Assembly (NCBI GenBank): GCA_963717465.1
Contig: OY970340.1
Coordinates: 416,001 to 480,000, forward strand
Direction: 5' to 3'
DNA: 64,000 bases
From: Candidatus Bathyarchaeota archaeon
GTDB taxonomy: Archaea > Thermoproteota > Bathyarchaeia > Bathyarchaeales > Bathycorpusculaceae
A model generated the notes under the pieces. The model ran no database searches. It saw only the letters and a list, made by a program, of their open reading frames with translations, and was not told the origin of the DNA. This document shows, piece by piece, positions 21,413-29,889 of this stretch; position 1 is the first letter of the stretch, and every line of letters begins with the position of its first letter. The position numbers and the translations under genes were made by a program.

Positions 21413-22468
21413 TCACATCGGATGGAAACCAGTGCTCTTTAAGCCTGTGGTTTCATCTATACCCAATAGTATGTTTAGGCATTGAACTCCTTGACCAGAG
21501 GCGCCTTTTACCATGTTGTCTAATGCCGAGAACAGTAATAGACGGTTTGCATGTTCATCTATCTCAAACCCTATGTCACAATAGTTTGTGCCAACAGTTA
21601 CTTTGGGGTCAGGTAGCTGGCATGGTCCTTTCTGATACTTAACAAAGCGTATAAACGGTTCTTCCACGTATGTGCTGCGAAATGCCTTCCAAACGTCCTT
21701 GTTGGCTATGGCTTGTTTAGGGAAAGTGTGGATTGTCGCCAAGATTCCGCGAATCATATTCACTGCATGAGGCGCAAAGGAGATTTTTACTGGTTCATTC
21801 GTTAAAAGCCCAAGTTCCTGCTCAACCTCAGCGATGTGACGATGCCGCGCAATCATGTATGGTCTAACTCCGCTGGCGCGTTCAGGATGATGCGAAGAAG
21901 CTGATGGCTTGCTACCGCCGCCTGAAGAACCAACCTTCAAATCCACAACAATCTTGTCTTTCTCGATTAATCCAGCTTTAACCACTGGCGCCAAGCCTAA
22001 AATGGCGGAGGTTGCCATGCAGCCTGGGCAGGCTATCAGCTTAGCCTTTTTAATTTCTTCACGGTGAAACTCAGGTAACCCGTAAACGGCTTCTTTGAGC
22101 ATTTCGGCATGAGCATGTTTCCAACCGTACCACTTGTCGTAATCAGCAGAGTTCTTTAATCGAAAATCTGCGCTCATATCAATAACTTTTAAACCTGCAG
22201 CCAAAAGCTTAGGCACAAGGTTCACTGAGCCGCCATGAGGGGTTGCAGTGAAAACTAAGTCGCAGTTTTTTTGCAGTTCAGCATTGTCTTGAGGAACAAA
22301 TTTTAACTGTGTGAGTCCGCGCAGGTTTGGATGCATATTAAAGACGTATTCGCCTACGCTTTGGCGTGAAGTAACCATGGTCACTTCTACTTGCGGGTGA
22401 AGGAGCAGTATGCGTAGGAGTTCTCCTCCGACGTATCCTGAACCGCCGATTATGCCGATTCTCAACAT
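21413..22468 (-). CDS. lysY: [LysW]-aminoadipyl/glutamyl-phosphate reductase
   Basis: GGSGYVGGE, SADFRL, CPGCMAT, HHPER, DNMVKGASG. Confidence 0.93.
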   Translation of the reverse strand: MLRIGIIGGSGYVGGELLRILLLHPQVEVTMVTSRQSVGEYVFNMHPNLRGLTQLKFVPQDNAELQKNCDLVFTATPHGGSVNLVPKLLAAGLKVIDMSADFRLKNSADYDKWYGWKHAHAEMLKEAVYGLPEFHREEIKKAKLIACPGCMATSAILGLAPVVKAGLIEKDKIVVDLKVGSSGGGSKPSASSHHPERASGVRPYMIARHRHIAEVEQELGLLTNEPVKISFAPHAVNMIRGILATIHTFPKQAIANKDVWKAFRSTYVEEPFIRFVKYQKGPCQLPDPKVTVGTNYCDIGFEIDEHANRLLLFSALDNMVKGASGQGVQCLNILLGIDETTGLKSTGFHPM

Positions 22469-22487
22469 TTTCATTTTGCCTCGTAAT

Positions 22488-23672
22488 TTATTTATCGATA
22501 AGGCTCTGAGCACCTTTCAGCAGTGGTATAGCCACGTTAAGTCCTGTCGAAAGACGAGTGTTTTCCCAGAATTCTGGGCAAGAGTTCGCTTCATGAAACA
22601 CTAATTCTTTTTTATTTTTCTGTATGCTTTCTTCAATTATATTTTTTATGTTCTCATATGGCTTGCTAACCTTGTAATTGTTAAAAGCCTCTTCAAGCTT
22701 AGCATTCCAAGCAGGGAAATTTGTTAGGCGAGTTTCGTCCTGTTTGATTTTTTGAAACGCCGCAAAAGCCTGCGACGCCTTGTCAAGCTCACTTTTCAGG
22801 TAATCATCGGTTGCATTCTTGTTTTCTTTCACGTTAATCATAGCATCCAAGGCGAAAATCCATGCTTGATTGCCTTTTCCAAGAGTGTTGCCGCATTTCA
22901 CGGCTAACGCTTGAATGCTGGAGGGCAGTTTAGCGTCGAATATTAAGTTGCCGAGGAAAGTGTTAGTTCTAAAATCTTTTAGGCCGCCTCTTGCCATCGC
23001 CGATGGGTGGCATACAGCTTGTTTTCCTTTTTCTTTAAATACCAAGATTCTTAAATCATAAAACCATTTTTGAACCTGCTCCTGCGCGACAACACCGATG
23101 GGATTAATTATTGAAGGCTTAGTTTCCGCAATGTTCGAAAGTAGTTCTTCGCGGTTTTGGGAAAGCATGATCATTTTGCCATGGGTTCCCGCGTCTGCTT
23201 TAATTACAATCCCTTTTTCTATTGGCAGTTCTTCTTGGAACAGGTCAGCGATGTCTTTTTCATTCCGGATTTCTTTCCCATTTTTCAATGCATCTGACGC
23301 GTCGCAGGGTACAAAAATGGTTTGTGGAATTGGTAATCCTGCTTTCCAAAGGCAGAGCAGAGTGCGAAGTTTACTGTAGCACAAGAATTCTACTGATGAT
23401 GAATTCAAGGTTTTTTTGCCTAGCATTTCCATGCAGTATGATGCTTGGAGACGACGATTCTTGCTCTGTGCACGATTTAGTACAACGGCGGTTTCATTAA
23501 TAGTCGGCTTGTAGTCTTTTCCTTTTGTTTTAGCGTTGAAACCATTTTTAGAAATTGACAGGGCGATTTTTCTGAAAGGAATAAAAGTAAGCGGTATTCC
23601 AAGTTCTTCAGCGGTTTTTTTAATGCCGTTTTCATCGTTTTCAGAGCGTTCATAAAGAAGGGCTATGCTCAT
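22488..23672 (-). CDS. Divergent ATP-grasp ligase of the LysX/ArgX/RimK family with a ~75-aa insertion
   Basis: NRAQS, GTHGK, QE, DLR, FRTNT and HEANSCPEF match ATP-grasp LysX motifs; lies between lysW and lysY. Confidence 0.75.
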   Translation of the reverse strand: MSIALLYERSENDENGIKKTAEELGIPLTFIPFRKIALSISKNGFNAKTKGKDYKPTINETAVVLNRAQSKNRRLQASYCMEMLGKKTLNSSSVEFLCYSKLRTLLCLWKAGLPIPQTIFVPCDASDALKNGKEIRNEKDIADLFQEELPIEKGIVIKADAGTHGKMIMLSQNREELLSNIAETKPSIINPIGVVAQEQVQKWFYDLRILVFKEKGKQAVCHPSAMARGGLKDFRTNTFLGNLIFDAKLPSSIQALAVKCGNTLGKGNQAWIFALDAMINVKENKNATDDYLKSELDKASQAFAAFQKIKQDETRLTNFPAWNAKLEEAFNNYKVSKPYENIKNIIEESIQKNKKELVFHEANSCPEFWENTRLSTGLNVAIPLLKGAQSLIDK

Positions 23673-23766
23673 CGCTTTTCTGCTTCCACAAGAAATTTAA
23701 TAACTAAAAAAATCAAAAAACTCAAAAAACTGATTAATCTTGGGGTGGTTAGATAGATAATACTGT

Positions 23767-23997
23767 TTATTCGCCCCAGTCTTCCCCTTCAATCGTTAAT
23801 TCTTGAAGGTCTACGCATCCGCCTTGTATTTGTTTGACTTCGAGTTCTAATCCGCAACCAGGGCAACTTACGATCTCTCCCTTCTCTATGTCGGATGGTA
23901 CATCAAGTTCTGCGTCACAATCGGGGCATTTTGCTTTATTTATTCCTTTCACCTCTTTAGAATTTGAATTAACTGGTTTAATCATTTCATTCTTCAC
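23767..23997 (-). CDS. lysW: Amino-group carrier protein LysW (true start possibly ATA at 23943)
   Basis: CPDC...CPGC Zn ribbon and C-terminal EDWGE. Confidence 0.95.
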   Translation of the reverse strand: MKNEMIKPVNSNSKEVKGINKAKCPDCDAELDVPSDIEKGEIVSCPGCGLELEVKQIQGGCVDLQELTIEGEDWGE

Positions 23998-24036
23998 TTT
24001 TTTATTGGAAATGCTCTTTCAATAAATGTGGCTAAC

Positions 24037-24094
24037 TTTTAAACGTTGTGACTTATTTATGACAAGTTAGACACTAAGTGTACCATTTGAAACA
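24037..24094 (-). promoter_or_regulatory. lysW operon promoter/operator, second copy of the argG block
   Basis: ttttaaacgttgtgac...tgtaccatttgaaaca; same spacing as 12236-12293. Confidence 0.7.
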
Positions 24095-24194
24095 AAAAGC
24101 CATGGTCCCAAGGAGCAGGCAAGCCCTTATTGTAGGCAATAAAAATTAAACATGAGCAAGTTCCAAAACTAAAAATAGCTTCTTTTCTGATAAA

Positions 24195-24401
24195 TTAAAC
24201 AGGAAGTTTATCACTTTGCTGAACGTTAACCCGCCTAATTCTTCTAAAATCCCATACAGCACCCACTAAAACAACAGAACAGACAATAAAAACAGCAGCC
24301 AGAGTAATCCAGGAAAGGCTCGTTCGAACTACAGATGCGCCAGGGATAAAATAAGCGACATACTCCGGGTCATGCTCAATCGAATTTCCACTCAACGCCA
24401 A
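24195..24401 (-). other. Small membrane-protein ORF or gene remnant
   Basis: 68 aa with one hydrophobic helix followed by a basic tail; weak start. Confidence 0.3.
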
Positions 24402-24527
24402 TCAATATGGCTATGAGCAAAATAGCAAACCTTTTGCGTTAACCGACTCATTAATTTTTCAACACATCCCAAAATTGGGATCTAGCACTATTAAAATATT
24501 GCAATTGAAATAATTTGGATAGTTGGC

Positions 24528-24564
24528 ACATTCCTCATAAACCAGGGTTTCAAGCGTTTGCATG
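24528..24564 (+). repeat. Imperfect direct repeat, copy 1 (partner 26900-26936)
   Basis: 32/37 identity, core GGTTTCAAGCGTTTG. Confidence 0.8.
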
Positions 24565-24733
24565 TTGTTCAGTAAAATTCATTTGTCGATCATGTACGCG
24601 TTTTATCGAAAATCGCTTTAAGTCATTGAATATAATACAGAAATAATACTTAAATAAAGGATAATCATAAAGTTAGCCGAACATATTCTAAGTAAACAAA
24701 TCGCATACCCCTTCTAAAAAGTTCAATCAATAA

Positions 24734-26788
24734 GTGAAAAGCATGCCAAAAAAGACTATAATCGCAATGCGAACAGTGATAGTATTCCTAATCTTGGTTT
24801 TGTTTCTTGGTTGTTTTTCTCCTGTATTACGCATTGCCGGCGGAGAAACGACTTATCAATCGATGCAGGCAACTGGTTCTGCCTCAGCAATTGCTTCTTT
24901 AGAGAACATTATAGAGGCAAATGGTGGTTGGAATAGTAGCCTGCAAACGATTTATGATGGAATCGTTTTGGGCAAAACTACGATAGTTCAACTTCAAAAT
25001 GCTGTTGACGCTATCAATATTACGTCCACATCTGCGGCTGAAAACGTATTTTACTGGTATTTTGAAATGAGCAAATTGGGTGTAGTGATTAATGCAACCA
25101 CGATTGAGGCAGCATTAAATGAAGTTGAAATGTTGCCTAACATAGGCTTACCTGATGATTACGACAACACGAATACAGGATCCAACATTGCATCTTTTCT
25201 CCTCTACAACAGATACGATTTATACGCTTACCAATGGGCTGATCAACTGAGTTATGAAACCTCTAAATGGAACTTATCTGCTGCTTATTCAGCGTTCAAT
25301 AACGGTGTGGCTGAATACGGCAAACCAGTTCTATGCATAGGGTCCAACGGAAATGGTTGGGGAATAAGTTACGGACCAAGATATTATGATGAATGCGGAG
25401 AAACGATTGATATGTACTTGACCTTCTGGCTGCTGGGTGTACCCGGAGCTCTGGTTCAAGCTGAGTACTGGTGGAACTGGACTAACGTTAACCTTTGGGA
25501 TACAACATACTCGGGCGGAGACTTTTACAAATATGCATACAACTGGGTCGCTTTTGAGTGTGAAGCAGGTGGATTTGACCAGATTATTTCCAAGCTTAAC
25601 TATTATGATCCAACAATATCAAATACAAGCAACTTGTTTACGGATCTGGAAACAAGACTATTGAGCCAAGGCTGGAGTAGCCCAGGCTGGCTTAATTATG
25701 TTGCAGTTCACGCCACTGGAGTTGATGGTGGTGGCGGTAACTCGCAAGAGAGGCTTGAGAACACCATCATGTACTGGGCTTCGCTTCTTGGATTTTACGA
25801 TAACATGACAAGCACTATGCAGAGTCAAGTGCAAGATTTATTGGAGGGTACTGCTGGTGCGGCTCCAGCTTGGAGCCTACTTTTGCAAAGCGACTTGTAC
25901 GATAAATCAACAGGTATGTTCAAGATTCATTCTGATTCCGCCGATTGTGTTGAGGCAACCGCTGACGCTGCCGTGTTAATTATGCTGTTATCTACTGTTC
26001 CAGTTAATGGGGCAATAGCTGTGCCCATGGAAGATTCTTGCTATGAGGATATCAACAACGTAATTGATGGTAGCATCAGCAGCATAAACCTCACCAGCAG
26101 ATCAATGATTGTAAGCGTGGCTTCGCAGGGCACTTTCTTGTCAATGTTTGGAACCAACATTTTCGAGTATGATTTGAATAGTTCGGGAGTGTGGCGCTTA
26201 GATTTCGCTAGTGACTGGAACAGCTTAACAGAGGAAACTCTTGTCTCTTTGCTGCCTACATCTCGAATATACCTTGGAACCGTAAACCAATCAAATGAAG
26301 AACCGGTTTACGCTGATAGTGACAATGGCAGCACGATTACGCCTTCAGGGGTAGTAGATGTCAATTACGGTGGTAATCAAACATTCAATTATGCCGCTGA
26401 AAGTGGCTATAAAATTGACCAAGTGCATGTTGACAATGCTCTAGTGCAGATTACGGGAACATACACTTTCACTAATGTTGAGGGACCTCATAACATATCA
26501 GTTACAAGCTCTCAAACATCTACCGTATCGCCAACACAAAATCCAACATCACCATCGCCAAATCCAACCTCATCGACACCAAGTCCATCGTCTCCTTCGC
26601 AATCATCAAATTCAACTTCAAGTTCTTCAACACCAACAACTAAATTCTTACTGTTCGGTTCCAAGTTGATCTTGCTTCGCTTAGCCCTTATTTTTGGTGT
26701 TTCAATACTTTTAGCTGTTTTACTATCACTGCATTACATTAAAAAAAGGACTAATCGAGCATTCCAAGTATCTGTGGCTTTAAGATAG
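24734..26788 (+). CDS. Secreted, C-terminally anchored protein; putative (alpha/alpha)6 glycoside hydrolase + InlB/Flg_new-like repeat + S/T/P linker + TM
   Basis: Signal peptide, W/Y/N-rich core with RYYDE, ITPSG..V.YG..QTF repeat domain, Ser/Thr/Pro tract, TM followed by KKR. Confidence 0.6.
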   Translation: MKSMPKKTIIAMRTVIVFLILVLFLGCFSPVLRIAGGETTYQSMQATGSASAIASLENIIEANGGWNSSLQTIYDGIVLGKTTIVQLQNAVDAINITSTSAAENVFYWYFEMSKLGVVINATTIEAALNEVEMLPNIGLPDDYDNTNTGSNIASFLLYNRYDLYAYQWADQLSYETSKWNLSAAYSAFNNGVAEYGKPVLCIGSNGNGWGISYGPRYYDECGETIDMYLTFWLLGVPGALVQAEYWWNWTNVNLWDTTYSGGDFYKYAYNWVAFECEAGGFDQIISKLNYYDPTISNTSNLFTDLETRLLSQGWSSPGWLNYVAVHATGVDGGGGNSQERLENTIMYWASLLGFYDNMTSTMQSQVQDLLEGTAGAAPAWSLLLQSDLYDKSTGMFKIHSDSADCVEATADAAVLIMLLSTVPVNGAIAVPMEDSCYEDINNVIDGSISSINLTSRSMIVSVASQGTFLSMFGTNIFEYDLNSSGVWRLDFASDWNSLTEETLVSLLPTSRIYLGTVNQSNEEPVYADSDNGSTITPSGVVDVNYGGNQTFNYAAESGYKIDQVHVDNALVQITGTYTFTNVEGPHNISVTSSQTSTVSPTQNPTSPSPNPTSSTPSPSSPSQSSNSTSSSSTPTTKFLLFGSKLILLRLALIFGVSILLAVLLSLHYIKKRTNRAFQVSVALR

Positions 26789-26899
26789 AAAACTTCAAGA
26801 TATAAAAAAGATAAGAAAACTTAAGCGCGCATTAAGTTTAAAACTGAGCATAACGGGTTATTTGTTGGTATAGTAGGAACCTATTGAATATCAAGAAAA

Positions 26900-26936
26900 A
26901 CATTTCTTATAAACAAAGGTTTCAAGCGTTTGTATG
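26900..26936 (+). repeat. Imperfect direct repeat, copy 2
   Basis: 32/37 identity to 24528-24564; upstream of the TrmB gene. Confidence 0.8.
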
Positions 26937-27061
26937 CGCTTACTAAAATTTTCTTTGTTTTTTGTTTTAATTCGCAAAGACTTTAAAAAACAGTATATAA
27001 AGCACAATGGGCACTTCTAAGTCATACAATATGCACGTCTAATTGAAAGTGGGCAAGCGTC

Positions 27062-27844
27062 GTGATAAGTGAGAGTAGCAACAGCGAAACTATATCCGTG
27101 TTGACAGACCTTGGTTTGAGTGTTTTACAATCAAAAATATATCTTATTCTCTTAACGCAAGAATCAGTATCTGCAAAAGTTGTCTCCAGTATTTCTAAAG
27201 TTTCAAGGCCGGATGTTTATCGAATAATTACACAGCTTGAAGAGCTAAGGCTCATTGAAAGAATTGTAGGCAGGCCTGCCCATTATCAGGCAGTACCAAT
27301 AGAGATGTGCACGTCAATCCTTATGCAAAACCAAGTAAAAAAACTTTCAGAAATCAAAAATAGAATTCCACAACTCATTCATACTCTAAATAAATCAAAA
27401 AATAAAGAACAAATGGAACCAAAAGGGCAAATTATAGTTATAAATAAAGAATCATTTTATAAGCGAAGCATAAATATGATTAATAATGCCAAGGAAAGTA
27501 TTTTTCTTGTACTTCCGATTGACACAGCAATTTGTCCCACTGCACCTTTCGAAAAAGGAATAGATGCAGCGTTATCAAGAAATGTTGATTGCAGAATGAT
27601 AAGCGATAGTAAAAAAGAAAGTTTAAGAAAGCACATTTTTATGCGCACACTTAATCATAACTTTCAGGTTAGATTTGTTAAAAACAAGCTAAAAACTGCA
27701 TTAAGTATATTTGATGGAAAAGAGGTCATGATCATCATTAAATCATTGAATGCCGAGAATTTTACAGCAATTTGGTCTAATAATGAAAATCTTATCGATT
27801 TAAGTCAGGTCTACTTTAACAGCCTTTGGAAAAAATGGCACTAG
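27062..27844 (+). CDS. TrmB-family transcriptional regulator
   Basis: LGLS..QSKIY..L, SKVSRPDVYR HTH, C-terminal IFDGKEV...YFNSLWK. Confidence 0.88.
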   Translation: MISESSNSETISVLTDLGLSVLQSKIYLILLTQESVSAKVVSSISKVSRPDVYRIITQLEELRLIERIVGRPAHYQAVPIEMCTSILMQNQVKKLSEIKNRIPQLIHTLNKSKNKEQMEPKGQIIVINKESFYKRSINMINNAKESIFLVLPIDTAICPTAPFEKGIDAALSRNVDCRMISDSKKESLRKHIFMRTLNHNFQVRFVKNKLKTALSIFDGKEVMIIIKSLNAENFTAIWSNNENLIDLSQVYFNSLWKKWH

Positions 27845-27961
27845 AACTTTTATTAGCCTGCCGCGTTGTTCCTAAATCACTGTTGAAGTACTTTCAGTGG
27901 CACGCACCGGTTAATGGAAACAAGCAGCGAACCATTGAAAAAGAACACTATTTTTAGGATT

Positions 27962-27985
27962 TGTAAGTGGAGAGAGGCACTTACA
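27962..27985. promoter_or_regulatory. Perfect inverted repeat TGTAAGTG-N8-CACTTACA, candidate operator
   Basis: Seen directly; immediately before an AT-rich TATA-like tract (ttataa) upstream of the SnoaL genes. Confidence 0.5.
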
Positions 27986-28069
27986 TAATTATAATAAAGG
28001 CTATCTAGGTATCAAGTCGTTTAATTATCAAATCGCTAAATGTTGTTGGTGGGAGAAAGGTGAACTATA

Positions 28070-28150
28070 ATGGTTGTTAAAGGATATGTCAAATATGAAA
28101 CAGAATTAGCATTTAAAGAATCCATTTCTATGGAGGAGTTGAACTTCTAA
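28070..28150 (+). other. 26-aa mini-ORF homologous to the N-terminus of 28741-29286
   Basis: MVVKGYVKYETELA vs MVVKGYADRETELE; AGGTGA RBS; TAATG stop/start overlap with the next gene. Confidence 0.6.
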
Positions 28151-28689
28151 TGGCTAAGATGAAACCCGAAGAACGAATTGCCTTGCATCGCCGGATGGCC
28201 GAAAGCTACGGTGACTCTTACAAGAAAAAAGCAGTAGAAGAAGGCGCGAAATATGAAGCATGGAATTTCGCAGACGATGCGGTGTACTTCTCGCCTTATT
28301 TCACGGGCGGCGTGCTTAGTGCGCTGCGCGACTTTACTGAGGACCGCTCTGTTGATGTATCGGTCTTTGCTACAATGGAAGCGAGGGCGTATACAGACGT
28401 GTTTCCTGACTGGGGACCTGTAGAATTCAAGTATTGGGCGGCTGAAAATGGCTTCGTAATGAAAACCTTGTTCGTAGGGCACACGAAAGAAGGCAAAAAG
28501 TATAGCTTTTACGCATATGGGTTTGTTGAGACAAACGAAGAAGGGAAGATCAATCGTTGGGAAACGCATGTCAATGGTGAAGAGATTGGTCCCTTCCTGG
28601 AACTTGCCATAGGTAGGCGTGGCCCATTCATGGGTTTCACTGCGTACTTTCAAGCGCTCACGGATGCAGGTCAGAAACCTGAAATTTAA
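28150..28689 (+). CDS. NTF2/SnoaL-like protein
   Basis: FADDAVY..P, FPDW, F.ETNEEGKI.RWE pattern; GGAGG RBS. Confidence 0.7.
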   Translation: MAKMKPEERIALHRRMAESYGDSYKKKAVEEGAKYEAWNFADDAVYFSPYFTGGVLSALRDFTEDRSVDVSVFATMEARAYTDVFPDWGPVEFKYWAAENGFVMKTLFVGHTKEGKKYSFYAYGFVETNEEGKINRWETHVNGEEIGPFLELAIGRRGPFMGFTAYFQALTDAGQKPEI

Positions 28690-28740
28690 CGGGCGACGTG
28701 AAGGCGAAGACTGTTCATACTGTTGATTTGAGGGAGGTGA

Positions 28741-29286
28741 ATGGAAATGGTTGTAAAAGGATATGCTGACCGCGAGACAGAATTAGAATCAAACATTAAA
28801 GCAATGATTATACGTGGTTTTCATGAATGGAACAAGGGTTACGAGAACTGGATGGAGTGGTGTAAAGTATTATACGAACCCGACGCAAAATACCACATCC
28901 TCACACCTGATGTGCTAACTCTAGAACAATACCAAGCCTCTATGAAGCTGTTCTGGGATGCGTTTGATTGCAAACTCGGCGACCTAAAAGATATCATTTG
29001 CGAAGGAAATATCGCAGCAATACGCTACACGCAGTACCTTTATCACAAAGCCCCTTTCATGGGTATCCCCGCTACGAACAAGACGATAGAGATGGAGACT
29101 ATGGAAATCTGTCACTTCAGTGACCGTGCTCGGCTCCAAGAAGGCTTTGCACTAGGCGACACGATGGCATTACTGCAGCAACTCGGTGTCTTACCCGAAG
29201 GCAGAATTGAAGGAGAAATCAAGAAGAACGTTGATGAAATCAAGAAAGAAAGTGAAGCCAAAAAAGAAGTCGCGCAATCGGTATAA
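28741..29286 (+). CDS. SnoaL-like ester cyclase family protein
   Basis: YEPDA, IICEGNIAAIRY, H..PFMGIPATNK, D..ALLQQLG. Confidence 0.85.
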   Translation: MEMVVKGYADRETELESNIKAMIIRGFHEWNKGYENWMEWCKVLYEPDAKYHILTPDVLTLEQYQASMKLFWDAFDCKLGDLKDIICEGNIAAIRYTQYLYHKAPFMGIPATNKTIEMETMEICHFSDRARLQEGFALGDTMALLQQLGVLPEGRIEGEIKKNVDEIKKESEAKKEVAQSV

Positions 29287-29394
29287 AGCTCGTTTAGCAA
29301 GTAAACCTATCGTCCAAGAACAAATCTCTTCTTTTTTCGTTAATTGCTACTAAAAAGATAAAAGGGAATAAAGCCCCTTCTGGTTAGCTTCGTT

Positions 29395-29796
29395 TTAGGC
29401 AAGTTTTTTACTGTCTTGTCCGGGTGAAGCTGCAAAAACTTCATCCACTTTTATTATGCCGACACTCTTTACTTTTAGTTTCATTGCTTGCATTACTTTC
29501 TGTGCGAAACCGTCATAGACTGGACCTGATGTCTGAAAACCAGCAAACGTTCCCTTTAATTGAAAGCCAGCCATTGGCCCTTTGAATACGGCAATTGCTA
29601 CCTTTTTGTTTTTAGTAAGGTTTTCCTTTGTCCTTTTTATGAAAATTTCCGCGAAAGCAATAGTTTCTGGGTCTACAGCAGTTATGCTCCAAACAGGAAC
29701 GACATTTGGAACACAGTTCTCGTCGACGGTTGCAATCATTTTAGCTGAGTCTTGCGCAGCAAGAGTATCCATTACGTCTTTTGGGATTTTAACCAA
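29395..29796 (-). CDS. Pyridoxamine 5'-phosphate oxidase-like FMN-binding protein
   Basis: IATVD...PNVVP, T.ENL..N.KVA, FQLKG, SPG. Confidence 0.85.
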   Translation of the reverse strand: MVKIPKDVMDTLAAQDSAKMIATVDENCVPNVVPVWSITAVDPETIAFAEIFIKRTKENLTKNKKVAIAVFKGPMAGFQLKGTFAGFQTSGPVYDGFAQKVMQAMKLKVKSVGIIKVDEVFAASPGQDSKKLA

Positions 29797-29889
29797 TTTT
29801 TAATCCTCCAACAAAACTAAACCTCTATCAAAAACCTAATATACTTTTAGGTAAATTAAATATACCAAACTCTTACGAGCGATATATAG

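Noticed and set aside
26500..26645. Repetitive tca/cca/aca tract as a CRISPR array or VNTR
   Set aside because: It encodes the Ser/Thr/Pro linker; there is no fixed repeat-spacer period
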